Assembly (NCBI RefSeq): GCF_035084215.1
Contig: NC_090367.1
Location: forward strand, 7,690,001 to 7,754,000
Source of the DNA: Heptranchias perlo
Lineage: Eukaryota
Length of the DNA: 64,000 nt
Reading direction: 5' to 3'
In this document: positions 12,680 through 23,900 of the stretch, piece by piece
Position numbering within the stretch: position 1 is the first letter of the stretch
Layout: each line of letters starts with the position of its first letter
Position numbers and translations under genes: made by a program
Notes under the pieces: model-generated
Told to the model about the DNA's origin: nothing
Seen by the model: the letters and a program-made list of their open reading frames with translations, nothing else
The model's database searches: none

Positions 12680-14080
12680 ATTCACTCTCTCTCTCTCACT
12701 CTCCTCACTCTCTCCTTCATTCTCTCTCTCTCTCCCACTTTCTCCCTCCATCATTCCCCCTTTCCCTCTCTACCGGTTTTCTCCTTCCCCCTCTCTCTCC
12801 CTCTCTACCGTCTCTCTCCTTCCCCCTCTCTCTCTCTACCGTCTCCTTCCCCCTCTCTCTCTCTCTCTACCGGCTCTCTCCTTCCCTCTCTCTCTCTCTC
12901 TCTGCTGTCTCTCTCCTTCCCCCCCCTCTCTCACTCTCTACCAGCTCTCTCCTTCCCTCTCTCTCTCTCTCTCTCTACCGGCTCTCTCCTTCCCCCTCTC
13001 TCTCTCTCTCTGCTGTCTCTCTCCTTCCCCCTCTCTCTCCCTCTCTACCGGCTCTCTCCTTCCCCCCCCCTCTTACCTCTCTACCATCTCTCTCCTTCCC
13101 CCTCTCTCTCCCTCTCTACCGGCTCTCTCCTTCCCCCTCTCTCTCCTCTACCGTCTCTCTCCTTCCCCCTCTCTCTCTCCCTCTCTACCGGCTCGCTCCT
13201 TCCCCCTCTCTCTCCCTCTCTACCATCTCTCTCCTTCCCCCTCTCTCTCCCTCTCTACCATCTCTCTCCTTCCCCCTCTCTCTCCCTCTCTACCGGCTCT
13301 CTCCTTCCCCCTCTCTCCCCCTCTCTACCGGCTCTCTCCTTCCCCCTCTCTCCTCTACCGTCTCTCTCCTTTCCCCTCTCTCTCCCTCTCTACCGGCTCG
13401 CTCCTTCCCCCTCTCTCTCCCTCTCTACCATCTCTCTCCTTCCCCCTCTCTCTCCCTCTCTACCATCTCTCTCCTTCCCCCTCTCTCTCCCTCTCTACCG
13501 GCTCTCACCTTCCCCCTCTCTCCTCTACCGTCTCTCTCCTTCCCCCTCTCTCTCCCTCTCTACCGGCTCTCTCCTTCCCCCCTCTCTCTCTACCGTCTCT
13601 CTCCTTCCCCCTCTCTCTCTACCGTCTCTCTCCTTCCCCCTCTCTCTCCCTCTCTACCGGCTCTCTCCTTCCCCCTCTCTCTCCTCTACCGTCTCTCTCC
13701 TTCCCCCTCTCTCTCCCTCTCTACCATCTCTCTCCTTCCCCCTCTCTCTCCCTCTCTACCGGCTCTCTCCTTCCCCCTCTCTCTCTCTCTACTGTCTCTC
13801 TCCTTCCCCCTCTCTCTCTCTCTCTTCCGGCTCTCTCCTTCCCCCTCTCTCTCTCTCTCTACCGGCTCTCTCCTTCCCCCTCTCTCTCTCTCTCTACCGT
13901 CTCTCTCCTACCCCCTCTCTCTCCCTCTCAATCCTTCTCTCATCTCTCTCCACCGTCTCTCACTCCCCTCTCTCCACCCTTCCCCCTGTATCCATGGCCT
14001 CTCCCCATCTCTATCCTTCATTTTCTCCCGCTCCCCCTCTCTCTATCCTTCTCTCACTCTCTCTTTCTTTCTCCTCTCTG
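12680..14080. repeat. Polypyrimidine (CT-rich) minisatellite, unit like CTCTCTACCGGCTCTCTCCTTCCCCCTCTCTCTC
   Basis: Nearly pure C/T with a recurring TACCG. Confidence 0.95.
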
Positions 14081-14479
14081 CTCTGAAGATAAACCCCAGT
14101 CTTTGCCAGCAGATGCCGCTGTTGTCTGTATCTCTCACTATTTCTCGGACACAGCTCTCTCTGCTGGCTGCACAGTGTAGCTTTAAAATATATTAAAAAA
14201 GGAGTCCCATAAGATGCTGGCGGGCTCATTTTGTGAAGTTGTGCTCTCAGCACGTAAAACGTGATGGACAGATTAACCCGGAGGACAGAACGTTCTCTCT
14301 CCGAGTGCTTTCCTGATGGTCAGAAGCATCTCTTAACTGCTTCACATGCAATGAATTACTTTTCAAATGCCGTCACTGGCAAGGCCTCATAAAAGCAATT
14401 CGACAAATGAATCTGGGGGCTTTTGGTGTTGGTTGAAAAAGGAATGTTGGCCCCAGGACACCGGAGAGAACTCTCCTCT

Positions 14480-14930
14480 CTCCTGGCCCGGCCTTCCATC
14501 TCCCACCCTCCGTAAACTCCAGCTCATCCAAAACTCTGCTGCCCCCGTATCCTAACTCGCACCCAAGTCCCATTCACCCCTCACCCCCTGTGCTCGCTGA
14601 CCTATACTGGCTCCCAGTCAGGGAATGCTTCGATTTTAAAATTTTCGAATCCCCCCATGGCCCTCGCCCCCCCTCCCTATCTCTGTAACCTCCTCCAGCC
14701 CCTACAACCCTCCGAGATCTCTGCGCTCCTCCAATTCTGGCCTCTTGCCCATCCCCGATTTCCATCGCTCCACCATTGGCGGCCGTGCCTTCAGCTGCCT
14801 GGGCCCCTAAGCTCTGTAATTCCCTCCCTAAACCTCTCCGCCTCTCTCTCCTCCTTTAAGACGCTCCTTAAAACCTACCTCTTTGACCAAGCTTTTGGTC
14901 ACCTGTCCTAATATCTCCTGATGTCAGATT
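14480..14930 (+). mobile_element. L2-clade LINE 3' fragment
   Basis: KLQLIQNSAA ... VLADLYWLPV ... APPPYLCNLL ... FKTLLKTYLF motifs typical of L2 ORF2 C-terminus; sister copies at 31475 and 57120. Confidence 0.85.
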
Positions 14931-15384
14931 TGTTAACGATGAAGGATTCATCTGGGCCGCAGCTAAAGTCAAACAGTTAATCAAACTCTCCAATGCTTTT
15001 TATGTGTGAAGGGGCACATTCGAGGCTCAAACTGATGTGTTTCGGTGAGTCGTAAAGACATTACTTACATACGTACTTAAAGATAGAAAGAATTTCTACA
15101 GTGCCTTTCATGACCTCAGGAACGTCCCAAAGCTCTTTGTGAAGAGTGGTCACTGTTGTGAGAAATACCCCTTGGGACATTTTACTACATTAAAGACACT
15201 ATTATAGCAAAGCTGTTCTTGTTGTCGCTTTCCTTTCTACTGTGTCGTGGGACGGTTAACGTCCCACCTGAGAGGGGCAGAGGGGGCCTGAGATGGACGT
15301 GGGCTTGAATGGGTGAGGGGAGCAGTGTTTGACTCATAGGGTGAGCCTTACCATCATGCCCGGTCGATCCATGTGGTCAAGAGA

Positions 15385-18300
15385 GACCCCAAAACAGCTG
15401 GAGACCCTCCCTCCCCCACCCAAAATACAAGCAGCTGGAGACCCTCCCTCCCCCACCCAAAATACAAACAGCTGGAGACCCTCCCTCCCCACCACCCAAA
15501 ATACAAACAGCTGGAGACCCTCCCTCCCCCACCCAAAATACAAAGAGCTGGAGACCCTCCCCCCCCCCACCCAAAATACAAACAGCTGGAGACCCTCCCT
15601 CCCCCACCCAAAATACAAACAGCTGGAGACCCTCCCTCCCCCACCCAAAATACAAACAGCTGGAGACCCTCCCTCCCCCACCCAAAATACAAACAGATGG
15701 AGACCCTCCCTCCCCCACCCAAAATACAAACAGCTGGAGACCCTCCCTCCCCCCCACCCAAAATACAAACACCTGGAGACGTTCCCCCCCCACCCAAAAT
15801 ACAAACAGCTGGAGACCGTCCGCCCTCCCAAAATACAAACAGCTGGAGACCCTCCCTCCCCACCCAAAATACAAACAGCTGGAGACCACCCCCCCCCCAA
15901 AATACAAACACCTGGACTCCCTCCCTCCCCCACCCAAAACACAAACACCTGGAGACTCTCCCCCCCACCCAAAATACAAACAGCTGGAGTCCGTCCCCCC
16001 ACCCAAAATACAAACACCTGGAGACTCTCCCCCCCCCCCACCCAAAATACAAACAACTGGAGACCATCCCCCACCCAAAATACAAACACCTGGAGACTCT
16101 CCCCCCACCCAAAATACAAACAGCTGGAGACTCCCTCCCCAACCAAAATACAAATACCTGGAGACTCCCCACCACCCAAAATACAAACAGCTGGAGACCC
16201 TCCCCCCACAAAATACAAACAGCTGGAGGCTCTCCCCCCACCCAAAATACAAACAACTGGAGGCTCTCTACCCCCACTCAAACTACAAACAGCTGGAGAC
16301 CCTCCCTCCCCCCCACCCAAAATACAAACACCTGGAGACTCTCACCCCCACCCAAAATACAAACAGCTGGAGACCCTCACCCCCACCCAAAATACAAACA
16401 GCTGGAGACCCTCCTTCTCCCACCCAAAATACAAACAGCTGGAGACCCTCCCTCCCCACCACCCAAAATACAAACAGCTGGAGACCCTCCCTCCCCCACC
16501 CAAAATACAAACAGCTGGAGACCCTCCCTACACCACCCAAAATACAAACAGCTGGAGACCCTCCCTCCCCCCCACCCAAAATACAAACAGCTGGAGACGT
16601 TCCCCCCCACCCAAAATACAAACAGCTAGAGACCGTCCGCCCTCCCAAAATACAAACAGCTGGAGACCCTCCCTCCCCACCCAAAATACAAACAGCTGGA
16701 GACCACCCCCCCCCCAAAATACAAACACCTGGACTCCCTCCCTCCCCCACCCAAAATACAAACACCTGGAGACTCTCCCCCCCCCACCCAAAACACAAAC
16801 AGCTGGAGACCATCCCCCCACCTAAAATACAAACACCTGGAGACTCTCCCCCCACCCAAAATACAAACAGCTGGAGACTCCCTCCCCAACCAAAATACAA
16901 ATACTTGGAGACTCCCCACCACCCAAAATACAAACAGCTGGAGACCCTCCCCCCACAAAATACAAACAGCTGGAGGCTCTCCCCCCACCCAAAATACAAA
17001 CAACTGGAGGCTCTCTCCCCCCCACTCAAAATACAAACAGCTGGAGACCCTCCCTCCCCCCCACCCAAAATACAAACACCTGGAGACTCTCACCCCCACC
17101 CAAAATACAAACAGCTGGAGACCCTCACCCCCACCCAAAATACAAACAGCTGGAGACCCTCCTTCTCCCACCCAAAATACAAACAGCTGGAGACCCTCAC
17201 CCCCACCCAAAATACAAACAGCTGGAGACCCTCCTTCTCCCACCCAAAATACAAACAGCTGGAGACCCTCCCTCCCCACCACCCAAAATACAAACAGCTG
17301 GAGACCCTCCCTCCCCCACCCAAAATACAAACAGCTGGAGACCCTCCCTACACCACCCAAAATACAAACAGATGGAGACCCTCCCTCTCCCACCCAAAAT
17401 ACAAACAGCTGGAGACCCTCACCCCCACCCAAAATACAAACAGCTGGAGACCCTCCTTCTCCCACCCAAAATACAAACAGCTGGAGACCCTCCCTCCCCA
17501 CCACCCAAAATACAAACAGCTGGAGACCCTCCCTCCCCCACCCAAAATACAAATAGATGGAGACCCTCCCTCTCCCATCCAAAATCCAAACAGCTGGAGA
17601 CCCTCCCTCCCCCCCACCCAAAATACAAACAGCTGGAGACCGTCCGCCCTCCCAAAATACAAACAGCTGGAGACCCTCCCTCCCCACCCAAAATACAAAC
17701 AGCTGGAGACCCCCCCCCCAAAATACAAACACCTGGACTCCCTCCCTCCCCCACCCAAAATACAAACACCTGGAGACTCTCCCCCCGACCCAAAATACAA
17801 ACAGCTGGAGACCCTCACCCCCACCCAAAATACAAACAGCTGGAGACCCTCCTTCTCCCACCCAAAATACAAACAGCTGGAGACCCTACCTCCCCACCAC
17901 CCAAAATACAAACAGCTGGAGACCCTCCCTCCCCCACCCAAAATACAAACAGCTGGAGACCCTCCCTACACCACCCAAAATACAAACAGATGGAGACCCT
18001 CCCTCTCCCACCGAAAATACAAACAGCTGGAGACCCTCACCCCCACCCAAAATACAAACAGCTGGAGACCCTCCTTCTCCCACCCAAAATACAAACAGCT
18101 GGAGACTCCCTCCCCAACCAAAATACAAATACCTGGAGACTCCCCACCACCCAAAATACAAACAGCTGGAGACCCTCCCCCCACAAAATACAAACAGCTG
18201 GAGGCTCTCCCCCCACCCAAAATACAAACAACTGGAGGCTCTCTCCCCCCCCACTCAAAATACAAACAGCTGGAGACCCTCGCCCCCCACCCAAAATACA

Positions 18301-18745
18301 AACAGCTGGAGACCCCCCCACCTAAAATACAAACACCTGGAGACCCTCCCCCACCTAAAATACAAACACCTGGAGACTTCCTCCCACCCAAAATACAAAC
18401 AGCTGGTGACCCTCCCCCCACCCAAAATACAAACAGCTGGTGACCCTCCCCCCACCCAAAATACAAACAGCTGGAGACCCCCCCCCCCACCTAAAATACA
18501 AACAGCTGGAGACTCCCCCCCACCTATAATACAAACACCTGGAGACCTTCTCCCACCCAAAATACAAACAGCTGGAGACCCTCCCCTACCCAAAATACAA
18601 ACTGCTGGTGACCCTCCCTCCCACCCAAAATACAAACTGCTGGTGACCCTCCCTCCCAAAATACAAACAGCTGGAGACCCTCCCTCCCCCATCCAAGAAA
18701 GAAAGAGATGGAGACCCTCCCCCCCCCCACCCAACAGCTGGAGTT
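15385..18745. repeat. ~36-42-bp C/A-rich minisatellite (CACCCAAAATACAAACAGCTGGAGACCCTCCCTCCCC)
   Basis: Conserved AAAATACAAACAGCTGGAGAC core with a variable C-tract. Confidence 0.96.
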
Positions 18746-18974
18746 GCACGTCCCCCACTGCAAGGACCTGACCTCACAATGGAACTCACAGTGAGCACAC
18801 AGGGAACAATGGGAGGAGTGAGGGGCTGATCAAGGCAGCTCACCCCTGGCATTGCTCAGAGTTGGTCGGATAATGCAGCGGTTTGTGACCGGGTCGTATT
18901 ATTCTGCTGCCAAGGACACAGGTAACAATGGCTCTCAGGCACATCCTGAGGTCAGTTTCTCCGGCTCTGTAAAA

Positions 18975-19410
18975 TGAAAGAACTTGCATTCACACCGTGT
19001 CTTTCGCGACCTCAGGAAGTCCCAAAGCACTTTACAGCCAGTGAAGTACTTTTTTTGAAGTGTAGTCACTGTTGTAATGTAGGAAACGCGGCAGCCAATT
19101 TGCGCACAGCAAGATCCCACAAACAGCGATGAGATAAATGACTAGATCATCTGTTTATGGCTGTTGAAAGAAGGATAAATATTGGCCCCAGGGAGAACTC
19201 CCCTTCTCTTCGAAATAGTGTCCACTCGAGAGGGCCTCGGTTTAGCGTCTCATCCGAAAGACGGCACCTCCGACAGTGCAGCACTCCCTCGGTACTGGCA
19301 CTGGGAGTGTCGGCCCGGATTATGGGGCTCAAGTCTCTGGAGTGGGGTTCGAACCCACGACCTTCTGACTCAGAGTTGAGAGAGAGACACACACACTGAG
19401 CCACAACTGA
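18975..19410 (-). mobile_element. DeuSINE-like SINE, near full length
   Basis: Reverse complement of the 2325-2790 family, with a short internal deletion. Confidence 0.85.
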
Positions 19411-19502
19411 CACCTGTACAGGAAACAATACCGTTTCTGGCAGCTGTCTTGCACACGCAACAAAGTGTGATGCTAGGATTGAGACGGACCGAGCACGCCA
19501 AC

Positions 19503-20050
19503 GGTCCCCTAAATTCCCGGGGGTCGGGGCCAGAGGCTGCGGTGAGTCGGTGGGGGGGAAGGGGGCGGCCAGAATTTAGGCCGTAACTCAGATCCGCCAG
19601 AGTTCCGCCCCCTTGACAGTCTCGGTGATCCGGGGATGGGCCAGTAATGTGTGGCCTTACAATGTGTTACTGAGGGAAATATTGATGGCGTCTCAGCTGC
19701 AGCCGTTGAAAGAAATGGGAGCATTTTTTTCAACTTTGACCCTTACCCGCCCAACCCAGCCCCCCCTCCCCAAGCATCCCGTGGGCCCATTAATACTGAA
19801 GCAAGCCCCCCCCACCACCACCCCACCAAACCAGCTGAGAGCTCCCATTGCACCAGCCCCAGAATATGTCTCTCGGGACGACCCTGGGATTTTGGACAGG
19901 GTCAAAGTGGTGTGTGAGTCGGGGGAGAGGAGGTTAGGGTTCGGCCGGGTGATCTGCTCCGCCCCTCATATCTGCGCCCCCACCCCCCCCCTGGCAACCC
20001 CCCCCCCCCCCGCCACCCCGCCCCAGGCCATCCCAGGAATTTCAGGGCCG
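19503..20050. mobile_element. Possible degenerate non-autonomous DNA transposon (MITE-like)
   Basis: Imperfect terminal inverted repeats GGTCCCCTAAATTCC ... GGAATTTCAGGGCC; no coding capacity. Confidence 0.3.
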
Positions 20051-20092
20051 ATGCTCCGCTGGCTTTGCTCCCAGTTAGTCTCAGGGTGCGCT

Positions 20093-20790
20093 CCTGGCAT
20101 TGCTCCCAGTGAGTAGGATGCGGCGTCCGTGGCATTGCTCCCAGTGACTCGGATGAAGCGCCCGTGGCATTGCTGCCAGTGACTCGGATGAAGAGCCCGT
20201 GGCATTGCTCCCAGTGATTCAGATGAAGCGCCCGTGGCATTGCTCACAGTGATTAGGATGAAGCGCCCATGGCATTGCTCCCGTTGATTCGGATGAAGTG
20301 CCCATGGCATTGCTCCCAGTGACTCGGATGAAACACCCGTGGCGTTGCTCTCGTCGACTCGGATGAAGCGCCCGTGGCGTTGCTCCCAGTGACTCGGATG
20401 AAGCGCCCGTGGCGTTGCTCCCAGTGACTCGGATGAAGCGCCCGTGGCGTTGCTCCCAGTGACTCAGATGAAGCGCCTGTGGCGTTGCTCCCAGTGACTC
20501 GGATGAAGCGCCTGTGGCGTTGCTCCCAGTGACTCGGATGAAGCGCCTGTGGCGTTGCTCCCAGTGACTCGGATGAAGCGCCTGTGGCGTTGCTCCCAGT
20601 GAGTAGGATGAAGCGCCTGTGGCGTTGCTCCCAGTGACTCGGATGAAGCGCCTGTGGCGTTGCTCCCAGTGACTCGGATGAAGCGCCTGTGGCGTTGCTC
20701 CCAGTGACTCGGATGAAGCGCCCGTGGCGTTGCTCCCAGTGACTCGGATGAAGCGCCTGTGGCGTTGCTCCCAGTGAGTAGGATGATGCG
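20093..20790. repeat. 35-bp CpG-containing minisatellite (GTGGCGTTGCTCCCAGTGACTCGGATGAAGCGCCT), about 20 copies
   Basis: 35-bp period; ends ~170 bp upstream of the MROH-like ATG. Confidence 0.95.
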
Positions 20791-20794
20791 ATCC

Positions 20795-20895
20795 CGGTTT
20801 AACGCCTCACCCGAAAGACGGCTCCTCCGACAGTGCCGCACTCCCTCAGCACTGGCACTGGGAGTGTTAGCCTGGATTGTGGGTTCAGGTCTCGG
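20795..20895 (-). mobile_element. DeuSINE-like fragment
   Basis: GGTTTAACGCCTCACCCGAAAGACGGCTCCTCCGACAGTGCCGCACTCCCTCAG matches the family reverse complement. Confidence 0.75.
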
Positions 20896-20960
20896 GGTAC
20901 CTACTCTTGTCCGACAGTAAAGGTGAGTTCTTTAATTCCAGAGCGAGGTGAGGGAATCAA

Positions 20961-23900
20961 ATGGCCGGCGACTGCATGGAGCCGTTCCTCGTGGCCCTGA
21001 TCTCCGCGGCGTTCGACGACGACGAGGCCGTTCGCCAGCAGATCGCCGGGTCGCTGCGCGAGCTGGGGCGGCAGTGCCCGCAGCTGGTACTGACCTCCTG
21101 CCGGGCCTTCCTGAGCAGCGGCGGCCCCCGGCTAGCCCAGGGGCACCGCCTGGCCCTCCTGCAGAGCATGGCGGTGGTCGCGGCCGACGCGGCGGAGCGG
21201 ATCGAGCGGCCGCTTGCGCTGGAGGCCATTGCCGCTGCGGCGGAGGCCATGACAGAGGCGGACCAGGCCAGCCCCCAGTGCCAAGAGGCGGGCAGTGAGT
21301 TTCTGGTGGCCCTAGGACGGGGCTTTGTCGACGAGGTGCTGCAGGAGATGCTGGAGAAGATCAAACCGGGTGCCCTTCCTCATCCCATGGTCATCAAAAC
21401 CCTGGCAAATCTCTCCGTAACCAACGTGTACCTCATAGTGCCTTTGCTCCCAGTCGTTCTAACAGCTCTACTCCCGGCTTTCAGTCTGGCCAAAGACAAC
21501 AGCTCAACCTGGGCCCTCGTTTCAGCCGCGAGCCTCTTCAGCAAGAGCATCTCCGAGTACCTGACGCACTTGGACAAGGCCCCTGACCCCAGCCTGAGCC
21601 TGGAGACCTTCTCCCAACCGATCTACACTGTCTACAAGGTGCACCTCTCTGCCTGGCTGCAGCAGAGGGACGCCAAGCTGAGGGCGGCAATCTTGGAGGC
21701 CCTGGGCCACATGGTACAACTGCTGCCCCCGGCAAGGCTGGAGGCCGAGCTGCCCACCCTGGTGCCCCAGATCCTCGCCCTGTACAGGAAGCAGCCCGAG
21801 CACTTGCCGGTCACCCAGTGCCTGCACTCGGTGCTGGGGGCCGCCGTGGCCGGCCACTCTCGGGCCCTGAGGGGCCAGACGGAGCAGCTCCTGGGCACGC
21901 TCCACCACCAGCTCTGCGCCCCGGTGGACTGTGACGACCAACCGGCCTTGAAGAACCGCAGCCAGCTCCTGGGCTGCTTCGCCCTCCTTGCCCGAGCGGC
22001 GTGGCAGCAGTCGGCCCAGTTCCTGATCCGCAAGGTGGCGGGCACCAGCGGGCACCAGCGGGCCGCAAGCCTCATGGCCTTGAAGAGACTCGTTGACACC
22101 CTCCCAGCGCCGCTGCACAGCAAGAAGCACCAGATCATGGCCGGCCTGAAGATGGCCCTTCTGGATGAGGACAAGGCAGTAAAGAAGATGGTTCTCCTGA
22201 CCATCGGCAGCCTGGCCAACCGCGGCTACCTGGAGTTGCCCGGGGGCAGGTCCATGGTGCGATACGTGGTGGGATTGTGCGCCATCTCCTGCCAGGACGG
22301 GGCGGGACGGCCGCGCGGCTCCGACGCGGACGAGGTCACGGGCGGCGACTTGAGCACCATGGCGGAGACCCTACTCGACCAGCTCACCGCCATGGAGGAC
22401 ACGGTCAACGTCCTCTGGCCCACGCTGCTGCAGTGCGTGACCCCGGCGCCGTTTACCAACGCTCTGCCGGCCGTGTGCAGGAGCCTGGAAAACCTGGCGG
22501 GCAAACAGCGGGAATTGGGGACGGAGCACTCCCTCGGCGATGGCCCCGGCCTCCCCTCGCCTCAGGCTCTCCTGGGCCGCCTGTTGGCCGCGTCTTCGGT
22601 CCCTTACGGGGGGCGGGGGCGGGGCATTCCCGCCCTGAGGCTCCTACTGGTCCTGAGCTCCACCGTCCACCCAGCGGTGGAGACCCTGTGGGCAGAGCAG
22701 CTCCCGGAGCTCCTTCAGTACCTGCGCGGGAATTCGGAGGACTCGCTGCCGCACGAGCGCTGGGAGGAAAAGCTCGCGCTCTTTTTGTCCGGGAGCTTAG
22801 AGACGATCGCGGACGAGAGGTGGACCAGCCAGTTGAACAAAGAGTTGCTCCAGCAAGTCGGCCAACTTCACAGCTACCCCCGGGAGAGGGGCTTCCTATA
22901 CCAGTGCAGCGGAGTGGCGTTGAAACAGATGAAGAGTAAAGCAGCGGTGAGGACACAGCTCCAGGAGATGCTGCAGAGCGTCCAGTATCACCAGGCCTCG
23001 GAGCGGGAGGGCGCGGCCCTTGGCATTGGCCTCTGCGCCACCGCTCACCTGGACACCACCCTCGCCCAGCTGGAGGCCTTCGCTCGGTGCCACCTCGCCA
23101 GGAACGCGGAGAGCCTCTTTGACGTCATGAAGGAGAGGCTGGACGGCGAGGCAGAGAACGTTAGGGGCATGCTCCTCCTGTGCTACGGGCAGGTGGCCTG
23201 GCGAGCACCGGTGGAGCGGGTGCTGCCCAGGGTGGACACCGACATCCTGGGCCGCGTCATCGCCCTGGGCCACAAGGCCGAATCCAAGGACGTGACCGTC
23301 AAGCTGAGCCTGGCCAAGGCCGTGACTCTGATAGCTCAAACCATCCTGGCCAATGGCCAGAGGCAGGTCTGCACCAGGAAGGGGGAGCTGTTGACATGCA
23401 TGCAAGAGCTGATCAAGGCCGAGCCCACAGACCAGCTCAAGACTCCCGTCCGACACTCCGCCATGATTGCCTGCACCTACCTCGTGCAGTTGGAGCCGCC
23501 GTCAAATGAAGTTGACACCTTTCAATTAACGAGGACCTGTGTGGACAGTGTCTTTGGCCTGTTGCCTTTGGAGAGCCAAGCGGGCAGGGAAGATGACTGG
23601 GCGGAGAGGCAAAGTCTATTGAGGGAGACCACAGCTGCCCTGCAGGACCTCCTGAACCAGATCTTGCTTCGGGGCCTCTGCCCGAATGGGCTGCAGGCAG
23701 TCTTCAAACACATGGAAGGATGGATCACGTCCAGAAAGGACAATGAGCGTGAGAGAGCCATGGATGCCACCTCAAAGTTGCTGGTGTTTTTCCTGGAGAA
23801 CATCGACGTCAGGCTGGTGGTTACGCACTACAACCTGGAGGCTATAGTTGGCCGACTCATCCCCAGGTGCGCAGATCCCTTGTTTGCAATCCGCCACCTG

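Noticed and set aside
12554..18771. Long Ser/Leu/Pro-rich and extensin-like ORFs
   Set aside because: Low-complexity minisatellite translations with frequent frame-changing unit-length variation.
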